A stretch of 64,000 nucleotides of DNA. Source: a virus. The stretch lies in the IMG/VR virus record IMGVR_UViG_3300016476_001289. One strand, 5' to 3'. Shown one piece after another: positions 18,165-30,700 of the stretch. The notes beneath the pieces are model-generated. The model was given only the letters and a program-made list of their open reading frames with translations. It had not been told where the DNA came from and did not search any database. Made by a program: the position numbers and the translations under genes. Positions within the stretch are counted from its first letter, which is position 1, and each line of letters opens with the position of its first letter.

Positions 18165-21100
18165 ATGATACAGCTCAATGGGAATATCACACTAGTTGTA
18201 GGGGAAACTTATCAATTAACAGTAAATAATCTTGAACTCACTATGCCTTATAGTGATATAAAACACTCTATTGACATCTCTTTAGGTGTGGGAGTAACAA
18301 CATATAAGCTTAAATTTCCTGATTTAGGAAATGGGACTAAAGTACAGGGTTTATTGAATGGTGTGAGTATAAAAGCAGGTAAGGATGTTACTTTAACATC
18401 ATCTACTTCTTTAAAGTCATATAAGAGAGGAACAGTAACATATTGGTCAATAGAAGTTATAGCTAATCCTGTGGTGGTGGTAGAAGATAATAATGTCCCT
18501 CAAATAGGATTATTAGCAATAGATCCTAATAATATAAACACAACAGATGACATACCCGAAGGTGTTGTGAATTTATATTATTTAGATTCAAGGGCGAGAG
18601 AGAGTATATCAGCAACAGCGCCTATTGATTATGATAATGTCACAGGTGTTATAAGCACCGAGCTTACACAATATACGAATGCTGATGTAGGTCTTTTATT
18701 TACAAATGGTGTTCATACGGGTATAAGTTTTACAGCACAAGCGAATAGAATAAATGCTACGGTGTCATTAAGTGGTTTTAGTTTAGATGCTTTAAGTGAT
18801 GTTGTATTAGGGGGTTTAGGGTTACAGACGGGGCAGGTGTTAAAGTATAGTGCTAATAAGTGGATAAATACTAAGTTATTAAGCACTGAATTATCGGATT
18901 CTGATCTTTTAATGAGGAGGGCAGACAATTTAAATAATTTAGGTAATGTAGCGACAGCGAGGAATAATTTAGGTTTGGGGAGTGCTGCGTTATTAGATTC
19001 TAATGTGGTTATTACAACATCAAGTAATATAGGGGACTTGGGGAATGTAATGTTAGCTAATTTAGTTAATGGTCATATTTTAAAATATAGTAGTGCTACA
19101 GATAAATGGTTTAATACTAAATTAGGTGTGGGAGATATAGAAGGTCTTGTAGGTGTCTATGCACCTATAAACAGTCCTACTTTTACAGGAATACCACAAG
19201 CACCTGCACCTGCTAATAATAGTAATAGCACTCAAATAGCAACAACAGCTTGGGTTAAAGCAAGAATAGCTGAAGGTGGTGGAGGTGGTGGAGGTGGTGC
19301 AACACAATTAAATGATTTATCAGATGTTAATATAGATGACTTAACACAAGCAGTGGGACAAACATTAAGATTTAATGGTGTGGAATATGTAAATGCTAAA
19401 TTAGCAAGTACTGATTTGTCAAATAGTGCTAGTATAGTGTTAGCAAATACAGCACCTCATTTTATAACTCAAGGTCAAGGTGATAATTCTACTAAGGTGG
19501 CAACAACAGCTTATGTAGACACTGCCGTAGGTGGTGTAAGTTCAGATAAGATAGATGCTATTATAACAAGTGCGGGGTTTAATAATGATGGTACTAAGCC
19601 TAATTACTCATCTACTAATTATATTCTCAATACTGATAGTTTATTAGTAGCTACTGGTAAAATAGACACTCAATTAAAGAGTACACAAGATGAAGTAAAT
19701 ACTATTGAATCAAGTTTAGGGTTGAATGCGAACGGGTCTCGACCTGTTTATACTTCCACTAATTATATACTTAATACTGAGACTCACCATGTTGCTATTA
19801 GTAATCTTGATAGTGCTTTGTTTAATGTCGAATCTTCTTTGGGTACAGCTAGTGGATATGATGTTGGTAATAATAACAACCAATTACCTTTAGCTCAAGA
19901 TGTAGCTTTATTAGGAAGAGCTGTTAATAGTTTTACAGGGTCTATTAAAATTGCGGGTGATGGTTCTCAATCTATTAGTTTATTTAATGGTATTTTCCCC
20001 TTATTCTCTGTTAATGGTTCGGGGAATGTCTTAACAGAAGGAACATTACAAGTTACAGGAACATCTAATTTAAGTAGTATTTTAATCCAACCTGGACATA
20101 CAATACAAAACTTATTAGGTGGACAGGTGTCTTTTGGTGCAGGTGGTATAACTACTACCGGTCCTATTAATGGACATGATATAACAGCTAGTGGTATTTT
20201 ATCTGGTAATAGTTTAACAATAACCACTACCTCATCTTTAGGAACAGCATCTGCTAATACACCCAATGCTAGTGATAATAGCACAAGAGTAGCTACTACT
20301 GCTTATGTTCAAAACGAGTTAAGTAGTTTCTCAACTTCTTTAGAAGGGTTATCAGATGTTAATTTAACGGATCTACTAGCTAATGAAGTTCTTTTATATA
20401 ATGGTATTAAATGGGTGAATAGTGGTTTAGATATAAATCTTATTAATGGATTAGGGTCTAGTGCTACTTTAGATACCACTGATGTGTTATTAGTGGCTAA
20501 TAACCTAAATGATTTAAATGATGTTCCTATTGCTAGAAATAATTTAGGATTAGGGTCGAGTGCAACTTTAAATGCAGGGACTCATGCAGGTGAAGTATTG
20601 CTTATAAGTGTTAATGACACCTTACCTATATTATCGGGTGTGAATTTAACAGGTGTGTTAAAGACTTCTCAAGCAGGATTACCTAATGGTATAGCAACAC
20701 TTGATAATACAGGTAAACTTAGTTCGGATCAACTTCCTGATATAGCTATTACTTTTGTTGATGTTGTTGCTAATGAAGGAGATAAACCTGCAGCAGGACC
20801 TGAAAATATAGGTCATGTTTATATTGTAACATCTACAAGTAAAACATATATTTCTGATGGTACAACATGGGTGGAATTATTAAGTGCGAGTGATTTAGCA
20901 ATAGCTTCAGCACAAACTGAAATTGATCGTATGGAAACAGCTATAGGATTAGCTATTAATGGTGATTTTATACCTTTCAATGGTACTAATTATCTAGACA
21001 CTGCTGAGACTATTACAGAGTCTTTAACTCTCTTAGATACTGAGATTAAAGCTAACAGTGATACTTTAGGTAGTTTTGGTGATATTGTCAATTTAGACAC

Positions 21101-22745
21101 TACTGATGTTTTCCAAGTTGTAAATGCTTTTAGTGAAATAGGTGCTGATTTTGTAGCACAAGGTAATGCTAGGACTCATTTAGGTTTAGGGTCAAGTGCT
21201 GTATATAATGCTGGAACTATAGCCAATACTGTCTTATTACTAGATGTTAATGGTGCTATTGATTCTAGTATCTTAAATAAAGCAATAACAATAGGTGGTG
21301 TTAATATAGGTGATATTGTAACTATCAATGATACAGTTAATGCACTTATAGACATACCTACATTAAAAAATGATTTAGCGTTAGCGAGTACTGATTTAAC
21401 GGATAGTGATAATTTACCTAGACTAGATGCTGTGTTAAACACATTTATAGGTGATATAAATGCTAATAGTTTAGAAGTAACAACATCATTAGCGAGTGAT
21501 AGTTTAACAGTAGCAACCACTTCATCATTAGCAGAAGCATATGCAACAACACCTAATCCTAATGAAGATAGTAATCGAGTAGCAACAACAGCATGGGTTA
21601 GAGGTGTTGTAAGTGAAACAATAGGGGCTACAACTTTAAATGAATTAACAGATGTAGTAGCACCTAATCCATTAACAAATGAAGTCCTTATCTATAATGG
21701 GACTAATTGGGTAAATAGTGTTATAGACATAGCTATTGTAGATGGTGCAGGTACAAGTGTTACTTATGATGTAGGTACAGGTGTAGATAATATAGTATTA
21801 CTAGATAATACAGGTGCTATAAGTTCTGTGATTTTAGATCGTGCTACTAGCATTGGTGGTTTATTAATCACGGATATATTAACCCTAGATTCAAATATAA
21901 CAGCACTTATAGATATACCTACATTAAAAAATGATTTAGCGTTAGCGAGTACTGATTTAACAGATAGTGTTAATTTACCTAGATTAGATGCTGTGTTAAA
22001 TACATTTACTGGGGATTTAACAGTTCAAGGGGTTACGAATTTAGGTGAGTCTTATGTAACAACACCTAATGCTAATGATGATAGTACAAGAATAGCGTCT
22101 ACAGAATGGGTTGTAGATTATGTAGGGAATGTAGGAGGGGCTACAACTTTAGATCAATTAACAGATGTAGTAGCACCTAATCCTTTAGCTAGTGAAGCAC
22201 TTATCTATAATGGTACTAATTGGGTAAATAGTGGTATTAATATCTCTATTATATCAGGAACAGGTTCGAGTGCTACCTATGATGCAGGAGTTAATGCTAA
22301 TGAAGTCTTATTATTAGATAATACTGGGGCTATTGATAGTAATATTTTAAATCTAGCTACTACAATAGGTGGTCTTAATGTAGGAGATATTTTAACTGTC
22401 AATGATGATATAAATGCTCTTATAGACATACCTACATTAAAGACTGATTTAGATTTATCTATAACAGATTTGAATGATGTAGATATAGCAGGGATAGATG
22501 TAAATCAGACTTTAGTTTGGGATGGTGCGAAGTTTATTCCTGTGTATACTAATAGTCTACTTGTAGATAATCAAGGTAGATATATAGAAGCCTTTGATTG
22601 TGGATTAGTGACAGATTTAGTGGTAGGTTCAAGTATGGATTTTCAGGATGCTAGTGGGACAGGTGGAACACCATTAAATGCTGAGGATCTCTTTTTAAAC
22701 ACGGTTTATTTTTCACAAGAAGATTATGGGCCTCTTATAGGGTAA
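18165..22745 (+). CDS. Large tail-fibre-like structural protein
   Basis: Typical fibre motifs: SPTFTGIPQAP..NSTQIATTAWV, LNDLSDV, ARNNLGLGS, GIATLD..GKL; internal duplications. Confidence 0.8.
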   Translation: MIQLNGNITLVVGETYQLTVNNLELTMPYSDIKHSIDISLGVGVTTYKLKFPDLGNGTKVQGLLNGVSIKAGKDVTLTSSTSLKSYKRGTVTYWSIEVIANPVVVVEDNNVPQIGLLAIDPNNINTTDDIPEGVVNLYYLDSRARESISATAPIDYDNVTGVISTELTQYTNADVGLLFTNGVHTGISFTAQANRINATVSLSGFSLDALSDVVLGGLGLQTGQVLKYSANKWINTKLLSTELSDSDLLMRRADNLNNLGNVATARNNLGLGSAALLDSNVVITTSSNIGDLGNVMLANLVNGHILKYSSATDKWFNTKLGVGDIEGLVGVYAPINSPTFTGIPQAPAPANNSNSTQIATTAWVKARIAEGGGGGGGGATQLNDLSDVNIDDLTQAVGQTLRFNGVEYVNAKLASTDLSNSASIVLANTAPHFITQGQGDNSTKVATTAYVDTAVGGVSSDKIDAIITSAGFNNDGTKPNYSSTNYILNTDSLLVATGKIDTQLKSTQDEVNTIESSLGLNANGSRPVYTSTNYILNTETHHVAISNLDSALFNVESSLGTASGYDVGNNNNQLPLAQDVALLGRAVNSFTGSIKIAGDGSQSISLFNGIFPLFSVNGSGNVLTEGTLQVTGTSNLSSILIQPGHTIQNLLGGQVSFGAGGITTTGPINGHDITASGILSGNSLTITTTSSLGTASANTPNASDNSTRVATTAYVQNELSSFSTSLEGLSDVNLTDLLANEVLLYNGIKWVNSGLDINLINGLGSSATLDTTDVLLVANNLNDLNDVPIARNNLGLGSSATLNAGTHAGEVLLISVNDTLPILSGVNLTGVLKTSQAGLPNGIATLDNTGKLSSDQLPDIAITFVDVVANEGDKPAAGPENIGHVYIVTSTSKTYISDGTTWVELLSASDLAIASAQTEIDRMETAIGLAINGDFIPFNGTNYLDTAETITESLTLLDTEIKANSDTLGSFGDIVNLDTTDVFQVVNAFSEIGADFVAQGNARTHLGLGSSAVYNAGTIANTVLLLDVNGAIDSSILNKAITIGGVNIGDIVTINDTVNALIDIPTLKNDLALASTDLTDSDNLPRLDAVLNTFIGDINANSLEVTTSLASDSLTVATTSSLAEAYATTPNPNEDSNRVATTAWVRGVVSETIGATTLNELTDVVAPNPLTNEVLIYNGTNWVNSVIDIAIVDGAGTSVTYDVGTGVDNIVLLDNTGAISSVILDRATSIGGLLITDILTLDSNITALIDIPTLKNDLALASTDLTDSVNLPRLDAVLNTFTGDLTVQGVTNLGESYVTTPNANDDSTRIASTEWVVDYVGNVGGATTLDQLTDVVAPNPLASEALIYNGTNWVNSGINISIISGTGSSATYDAGVNANEVLLLDNTGAIDSNILNLATTIGGLNVGDILTVNDDINALIDIPTLKTDLDLSITDLNDVDIAGIDVNQTLVWDGAKFIPVYTNSLLVDNQGRYIEAFDCGLVTDLVVGSSMDFQDASGTGGTPLNAEDLFLNTVYFSQEDYGPLIG

Positions 22746-22799
22746 TAATATATCTATTTTCTCTTATTTTAAAAAGCTTTTTTTAAATAGGAGATTATA

Positions 22800-25700
22800 A
22801 TGTCTGTTCGTAGAGTCCAATTAAGAAGAGGTACTACTGCTGAAAATAATGCTTTCACAGGTGCTGTTGGTGAAATCACGGTCAATACTTCTAATAATTC
22901 TATTAGAGTTCATGATGGTGCTACTTTAGGGGGGGAAGAAACAGCAAAGGCTGATTTATCTAACATATTGCCTAGTACAAATGTAGATTTTAATGCTCAA
23001 AAAATTGTTAATGTTGCTAATCCCGTAGATAATCAAGATGTTGCCACCAAATTGTATGTTGATACTCATGGTGGTGGGGGTGGTTCTCTTGCTACATTAA
23101 GTGATGTTGATGTAGCAGGTGTTGCTCCTGGAGAATATCTTAAATACTCAGGTACTGAATGGATAAATGACTCTTTATCTACAGCGGATTTATCTGATGG
23201 TGTTGATATTGCTATGCTCGTTGGTGGTACTCTTACTGCTAATCTTGATGGTAATGCTTTAACTTCATCTACATGGTTAAATGCTATGACTTTAAATTTA
23301 ACAGGCACTGTTCTTACAGGCTCTGTTGCTTTTGATGGTTCTACGACAGCTAATTTAAATGCTTCCTTAAATGATGCTTCTATTGAAAACTCTAAACTTG
23401 TTAATAGTTCTATTGCTATTAGCACTTATGATTTAGCATTAGGTGGGACTTTACACTTATCTAATGATTTTGCCATATCTGCAGGTGGGACTTTAAGTTT
23501 CGCTGGTGGTGGGGGTGCTCCTACATCTCTTGATGATTTAGTAGACACTAATATTGGTGCTTACGCTTCAGGTCAAGTTCTCGTTTATAATACTGATAAT
23601 AGTAAATGGGAAAATAAGGTCATTACAGGCGATGCTTCTTTAACAGCTTCAGGTACTTTAACTTTAGGTGCTATAAGTAATGATAAACTTGTTAATAGTT
23701 CTATTGGAATAGGAACTTATGATTTAGCATTAGGTGGAACTTTAGCATTATCTAATGACTTTCAAGTTTCTTTAGGTGGTACTTTATCTCTTGTAGGTGG
23801 TAGTAATGTTGGAAACTTTACCTTTACTAATGGGGATATTGAAAACCCCACAGATAATTATATAAGTGTTATAGCTTCCAATTATGCTCAATTAGAAAGC
23901 AATACTAGTTATATTTGGGTAGAACAAGATTTCGCTCATGTTGAAGTTAATACTAATGTGTGGGATTTCACTGCTAATGGGACTCTTATTCTTCCTGCTA
24001 ATGGGGATATTTTTGATAGTAATGGTAATTCTGTCCTCGTAAAGTCTATTAATGACTTAAATGATGTTAGTGTAGGAGGTCTTGGTGCTAGTCAAGTTCT
24101 CATTTATAATAATGATACTTCTAATTGGGAAAATAAGACTCTCTCAGGGGACGCTACTATTACAACATCGGGTACTTTAACTTTAAGTGCTATAAGTAAT
24201 GCTAAACTTGTTAATAGCTCTATTAACATTGGGGGACAAGATATATCATTAGGTGGGACAGTTAATCTTGATGGTGGTTTAAGCATTATAGGTAGTACTT
24301 TAAGTGTAGGTAATGTAGCTACTGCTAGTGCTTTATTTACCGCAGTTACTTTAAGCATCGGAGGATCAGTAATTACAGGATCTGTTTCTTTTGATGGTTC
24401 ATCTAGTGTAGAGATTTTAGCAGATGTTACACCTTTATCTATTACTGATGGGATGATTGCTAATGCTACTATAAGTAATGCTAAACTCGTACATGACTTT
24501 ATTGCTTTTAATAACCATGAAGTTCATTTAAGTGAAGGGGTTACTATTAATGGCACAGATGGTGAGATTTCTGTTGTCGCTAATCAAGGTGTATATACTA
24601 TTGGTCTAGCAGGTACTATTGTAGCTTCTTCTGCTATTGCTCTTGCTAAAACTATTAATCTTGCAGGTGATTTAACGGGGTCAGTAAGTTTAGACAATGC
24701 TTTTGCTGCTGTTACCTTAACCGCTACTTTGGGAACTATTACTAATGCTCAATTACAACATAGTTTTATTGCTGTTAATGACTTCCAAGTTTCTTTAGGC
24801 AATAATCTTGATGTTGTAGGTGCTAATGGTGTTAGTATCACTATGGATGAACCTAATAGTCTTATGACTATTGGTCTAGGGACTTTAACTAATGCTAATC
24901 TTGAATTTTCATCTATTAACATAGGTGGGACAGATTTTGCTTTAGGCAGTACATTAAATTTATCTGACCTTGCCATTACAGGTAGTACCTTAGGTTTAAG
25001 CATTGGCAATAGTGTTATTACTAATGATAATCTTGTTAATCCTTCTATTAATATAGGTGGATATGATTTAGCATTAGGTGGGACTCTTAATTTAAGTACT
25101 GAGTTTAATATTACAGGTGTCACTTTGTCTTTAGGGACTATTAGTATAGATAACCTATCTAATAATAGCATCACATTTGCTGATTCTGATAGTAATGAAA
25201 CTATCGCATTAGGTGGGACTTTAACTTTCTTAGGTGTAGATAATGAAACCTCTATTTTTCTATTGAATGGGGAAGTTAATGTTGGTCTTGCAAATGATGT
25301 CGAAGTTCAAGGTAATTTAACCGTTAATTCTAGTGCTTCTGTCTTAGGCGATTTATATGCTAGTAGCATTATCGAATCTTCTCTTGGTGCAGGTATCTCT
25401 TTACAAGACAATACTGCTATTAAAGCAAACTTAGATGTTTATAATCCTACAGGTGCTTTAATACATGGCACTACTGTTTATCTATATGTTAAATATGGCG
25501 CTAATTCTCTTGCTAATGGTGAATACTTCCATGTCTTTAAAACAAATGATAATGGCAGGATTCGTCAAGTTATTCCTTTAACTTTATTACAAGACGGTGG
25601 ACAGAATAAACTTGCTGTTAAACCTAGTGGTATTTATGAATATGAAGCTATTGCTGGTGATTATACTAATGATGATCATGTTCCAAATGCTTCTTTTGTT

Positions 25701-27704
25701 ATAGATACCGAAGGTGGCACATATACTTATCAAATTAGATGTTATACAAGTAATGATGATGGTACTGAATTTGAAGTAGCTTTCTCTTTAAATGATGCAA
25801 ATCCCGCTCCTACTTATAGTATATTATTTACTTCTAATGATGGTTCAGCTTATGATAGAGAATATTCAATATCTTATGACAGTGCTTTAAATATGGCTGT
25901 AAATTTTGGGGCGATCTCTACTTTCAATCAAACAGAAAAATCTTTAACCTTTAATTCATCTACTGGTAATCTTATTGTTGAAGGGTCTGTTTCTTCTTAT
26001 GGGTTAGACACTAAGAATTCTAGTGGTGCTACTATATTTGAAGTCACTAATGAAGTGATTACAAGTAGTGATTTTTCTATCGCAGGTGGAACTTTAACCT
26101 TTGCTGTTAAAGATGGTGCTAATGTTGAAGTATTTACTATCGATAGCAATACAGGTGATACTAGCATTAATGGGGATTTAACAGTAACAGGCAGTCTTAT
26201 AGTTAATGGGACAGTTACTGCTATTAATACTGTTAATTTAGATGTTGAAGATAGTCTTATTGAATTAGCACATGGGACAGTGGGCGCTCCTATTAATGAT
26301 TCAGGTTTTGTTATTGCTCGTGGCGATGAACCAAGTGCTACTTTATTTTGGAATGAAAATACAGACACCTTTATTTTTGCTACAAGTACATCTATTAATA
26401 GTCTAAGCACTGGTAATCTATTAAATTTAGGTGGGACTTTAACTTATGGTCAAGTAAGAATGGGTGCTATTAGTCTTGTAGATAATCAAGCAACATCTTT
26501 GGATATTAAAGAAGGTTCTAATAGTTATTTAAAGTTTGTTACCACTGATAGTTCTGAAAAAGTAGTCTTTGGTAAAAAATTTGAAGCTCCTACAGAAAGT
26601 AAAATTGCAGACTTAGAATTTCAAACAGGTTATATTTATGTTTCTAGTGGTAATCTAGCGATCAATACAAATGGGGGTAATGTTAGTATTGATGATAATG
26701 TTGCTATTAGTGGAACATTTAAACTTGGACATAATACCCAAGAAGGTGAATCTAATAATGTAGGTGTTCGTTTTGATTATTATGATTCACCATTAATCAA
26801 TGCAGAAGATATTGTTAATGGGACTCAATATATTATCCAAACTGTAGGTAATTCCGATTTTACTCTTGTAGGTGCTTTATTCAACCAACAAAATTGGATA
26901 TTCACTGCTAATGCTAATGGTACTCCTTTACTCGTAGGTACTACAGGTAAAGTTTATCCTTATGCTGAATTAAAGACAGGTTTCTTTGGGCATGATAAAT
27001 CCGATCATGCTTTTACCATGTATAACACCTATACTAATGAAGCTACTTTGGGAGATGCTAAATTTAATAACCTAACACTTACAGGTGAATTAATTGGTAA
27101 TGCTCAAACTGCTAGTGCTTTACTCTCAGCAGTTACTTTAAGTATTGGTGGGTCTATCATTACAGGTTCAGTTTCTTTTGATGGTTCAACTAGTGTAGAG
27201 ATTTTGGCAGATATAACACCTAATAGCATTACAGGTGGTATGATCGCTAATACTACTATTGCTAATGCTAATTTAGTGAATGATTCTGTTTATATAGGTA
27301 GCCATACTTTATCTTTAGGTGGTACTTTAAACTTGTCTAATGATTTTACCATAACTGCTGGTGGGACATTATCTTTAGCTGGTTCACTAGGTGGAGAGAC
27401 GAGATATACTTGTACTGACCCTGTTTTCGTAACGGATGCTACTACTTTAACCGCACCCATATCTACTGTAAATAAAGATGCTTATTTCTTAAATAATAGT
27501 GGGACACCTGGAACTGTTAATTTATTTGAATTAACAAGTAATGACTATAATGGTTATGTATTAGCGATATTTAATACTGATACTGCTACTATGACTATTG
27601 ATGGGTTTGGAACTCAGACAATAGGTGGGGCATTGACTAAGGATATTTTATCAGGTGGGTGTCTAACTATTATGGCTAAGGGAACATCCTGGTATATAAT
27701 GTAA
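22800..27704 (+). CDS. Tail fibre with Mtd/hyaluronidase-type N-terminal domain
   Basis: VQLRRGTTAEN.AFTGAVGEITV......RVHDG...GG; NVANPV..QDVATKLYVD; SSINIGG..LGGTL repeats. Confidence 0.82.
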   Translation: MSVRRVQLRRGTTAENNAFTGAVGEITVNTSNNSIRVHDGATLGGEETAKADLSNILPSTNVDFNAQKIVNVANPVDNQDVATKLYVDTHGGGGGSLATLSDVDVAGVAPGEYLKYSGTEWINDSLSTADLSDGVDIAMLVGGTLTANLDGNALTSSTWLNAMTLNLTGTVLTGSVAFDGSTTANLNASLNDASIENSKLVNSSIAISTYDLALGGTLHLSNDFAISAGGTLSFAGGGGAPTSLDDLVDTNIGAYASGQVLVYNTDNSKWENKVITGDASLTASGTLTLGAISNDKLVNSSIGIGTYDLALGGTLALSNDFQVSLGGTLSLVGGSNVGNFTFTNGDIENPTDNYISVIASNYAQLESNTSYIWVEQDFAHVEVNTNVWDFTANGTLILPANGDIFDSNGNSVLVKSINDLNDVSVGGLGASQVLIYNNDTSNWENKTLSGDATITTSGTLTLSAISNAKLVNSSINIGGQDISLGGTVNLDGGLSIIGSTLSVGNVATASALFTAVTLSIGGSVITGSVSFDGSSSVEILADVTPLSITDGMIANATISNAKLVHDFIAFNNHEVHLSEGVTINGTDGEISVVANQGVYTIGLAGTIVASSAIALAKTINLAGDLTGSVSLDNAFAAVTLTATLGTITNAQLQHSFIAVNDFQVSLGNNLDVVGANGVSITMDEPNSLMTIGLGTLTNANLEFSSINIGGTDFALGSTLNLSDLAITGSTLGLSIGNSVITNDNLVNPSINIGGYDLALGGTLNLSTEFNITGVTLSLGTISIDNLSNNSITFADSDSNETIALGGTLTFLGVDNETSIFLLNGEVNVGLANDVEVQGNLTVNSSASVLGDLYASSIIESSLGAGISLQDNTAIKANLDVYNPTGALIHGTTVYLYVKYGANSLANGEYFHVFKTNDNGRIRQVIPLTLLQDGGQNKLAVKPSGIYEYEAIAGDYTNDDHVPNASFVIDTEGGTYTYQIRCYTSNDDGTEFEVAFSLNDANPAPTYSILFTSNDGSAYDREYSISYDSALNMAVNFGAISTFNQTEKSLTFNSSTGNLIVEGSVSSYGLDTKNSSGATIFEVTNEVITSSDFSIAGGTLTFAVKDGANVEVFTIDSNTGDTSINGDLTVTGSLIVNGTVTAINTVNLDVEDSLIELAHGTVGAPINDSGFVIARGDEPSATLFWNENTDTFIFATSTSINSLSTGNLLNLGGTLTYGQVRMGAISLVDNQATSLDIKEGSNSYLKFVTTDSSEKVVFGKKFEAPTESKIADLEFQTGYIYVSSGNLAINTNGGNVSIDDNVAISGTFKLGHNTQEGESNNVGVRFDYYDSPLINAEDIVNGTQYIIQTVGNSDFTLVGALFNQQNWIFTANANGTPLLVGTTGKVYPYAELKTGFFGHDKSDHAFTMYNTYTNEATLGDAKFNNLTLTGELIGNAQTASALLSAVTLSIGGSIITGSVSFDGSTSVEILADITPNSITGGMIANTTIANANLVNDSVYIGSHTLSLGGTLNLSNDFTITAGGTLSLAGSLGGETRYTCTDPVFVTDATTLTAPISTVNKDAYFLNNSGTPGTVNLFELTSNDYNGYVLAIFNTDTATMTIDGFGTQTIGGALTKDILSGGCLTIMAKGTSWYIM

Positions 27705-27766
27705 TGTGATATTTATTTTATTAAAAGCCCCATTATAAAGACCAACTTTATTCCGAGAGGCTTGAT

Positions 27767-30700
27767 ATGTCCTATTTAATAGATGCTAATATAAATAATG
27801 TTAAAGTGTCAGGTAATACAGATCCTTATGCTTTAACTTCAACAGATGAAATTTTTCTTGCACAAGATAATCAAATTGTTATTTTGCCTGAACCTACTAT
27901 TGTCAATAAAGGTAGAACTTATACCATTAAACTTAATGGTTCTTTTACAAGTGGTGTCTTTGTTAGAAACCATTTAAGTTCTCTTATCTATACGATCAAT
28001 AAAGATTATGGCACTGTTAATATCATTTCCGATGGCACAACATGGGTTGTACTCGCTGATGCTATTCAAGTTTCAGAAATTGCTACTACCACTTATGTTC
28101 AAGAATCTACTTGGAATAATGTAGGTGCGTGGAATGGTATTGATACTTATAATGCCAAAGATGTTGTTTCTTATGAAGGTTCTTCATGGTTAGCATTACA
28201 AACAAGTACAAACTCAACACCTGTTGAAGGTGCGGATTGGACTCTTATTGCTTCTAAAGGTGATCAAGGTCTTCAAGGTCTTCAAGGGGACGCAGGTGCT
28301 GATGGCGTTTCTATTGTATCTTCTACCATTATTGGGGGCGACCTATTTATTGAATACTCTAATGATTTAGGTAACCCTACAAATGTTGGGACAGTGGTTG
28401 GTGCAGATGGTGCTGATGCCGTATGGTATTTTCAAGGCGCATGGTCAAATGCCACTAATTATGTTTTAGGTGATGTTGTTACATATAATGGTTCATCTTG
28501 GTATGCTCTTCAAGCTAATAATAACTCAGCACCTGTTGAAGGCGCTAATTGGACATTGATCGCTTCTAAAGGTGATTCTTATTTTGTAGCTACAGGGGTT
28601 GATCTTTCTTTAACTACAAGTAATGCTACATCAGGTGGAGATTTAACTTTTATAACAGGGGATGGCACTAGTGGTCAAGGGGGCAGTACTACTTTCACAT
28701 TGGGTGAATCAATAGATGTTTTAGGGGGTTCTTTTCAAGTCAATGCAGGGGATTCTACTTATGGTGGGGGTGGTGCTATTTCTTTATATAGTGGCAATAC
28801 TACAGGGGGTGCTGGTGGGAGTCTTCTTTTAGAAGCTGGGGATACTTACTTTGGCACTAATGGCGGTAATGTTACTATTAATGCAGGTTTTGGTAATATA
28901 GGTACAGGTGGTAGCGTTAATCTTACCGCAGGTTATACAAAAACAGGTAATGCAGGTGGTATTTCTTTAACTACAGGTGATGCTCTTACTTTGGGTAATG
29001 GTGGAAATTTAACTCTTCAAACAGGCACTGGTTTTGGCGCTACTAAAAATGCAGGTAACATTATCCTAAATCCCGGCGATGCTGGTAATGGTGCTATTGC
29101 AGGTAATGTTCAAATCCAAAGTGATATGACTGTTACAGGCGCTATTGATGTTAATACTATTACTTTAGGTGATAATGAAGCAAGTGCTTTAGATATCACT
29201 GAATCTACTAATAGTTATTTGAAATTTGTTACCACTAATGGTTCTGAAAAAGTTATTGTAGGTAAAGAGTTATCTGTTGTTAATGCTGACTTAAATGTTA
29301 AAGATGGTTCTAATAACACAGTCTTTAATGTAGAAAGTACTACAGGCGATACAAATATTAGTGGGAATTTAACAGTAACAGGAAGCCTTATCGTTAATGG
29401 CTCTACTACTACTATTAATACTGTTAATCTTAATGTTACAGATAGCCTTATTCAATTAGCTGATGGCGTTACAGGTGCGCCTGTTAATGACGCTGGTTTT
29501 ATCATTGCTCGTGGCGATGAAAATAATGCTAGTCTATTTTGGAATGAGAATAGTGATACTTTTATCTTTGCTACAGCTACTAGCTTAAATTCAGATTTCA
29601 CAGGTGATATCTTAATAGCTGGGGGGACTATTACTTATAGTGCAGTAAGATTAGGCAGTTTAGAAGCTAATTCTATTAGTGGCATTACAGGTGGCAGTAC
29701 TTTATCTGTTACTGGTGATTTAATAGGTAATGCAGATACTTCATCTTCATGGTTAAATCCTATGACTTTAAATCTTGGCGGTGATTTATCAGGTTCTATT
29801 GCTTTTGATGGTTCTAGTACAGTAACTTTAAATGCTACTTTGGGGACAGTTTCTATTGCCAATCTTGAGTATTCATCTATTAATATTGGGGGAAGTAATA
29901 TTAGCTTAGGTGGTACTTTAAACCTAGAGAATTTAGCCATTACAGGTTCTACTTTAGGGTTAAATATTGGAAGTGGTGTTATTACTAATGCTAATTTGGA
30001 AAACTCATCTATTAATATTGGTGGAAGTAATATTGCATTAGGTGGGACTCTTAACTTATCTAGCGATTTTGCTTTTGATGGGGGTACTCTTGTTTTAGGT
30101 GGGACTTTATCTGTTTATTCAACAGGTGCGATTGCTTTAGCTAAAACTATTAATTTAGCTGGTGCGATTACAGGTTCTATTAATCTTAATGATCAAACAA
30201 GTGCTGTTACTTTAAACACTTCTTATAGTGGCACTATTACTAATGCTGATCTTGAATATTCTTCTATTAACATTGGGGGAAGTAATATTTCTCTAGGTGG
30301 GACATTAAATGTAGCTGGAGATTCTTATATTACTTTAGGCGTTACAGGTTCTACTCTTAGTGCTTCCCTAAGCACGATTGATAATGCTCAATTAGAATAT
30401 TCATCTATTAATATTGGTGGAAGCAATATTTCTTTAGGTGGGACTTTAAACTTAGAGAATTTAGCAATAACAGGTTCTACTTTAGGATTAAATATTGGCA
30501 ATAATGTTATCACTAATGCCAATCTTGTTAATGATTCTATTAATATTGGTGGGAGTAATATTAGCTTAGGGGGAACAATTAACCTTGATGGTGGTTTAAG
30601 TGTTACAGGTTCTACATTAAGTGTAGGTAATGTAGCTACTTCATCTTCATGGTTAAATGCCATGACTTTAAGTATTGGTGGGACAATTCTTACAGGGTCT

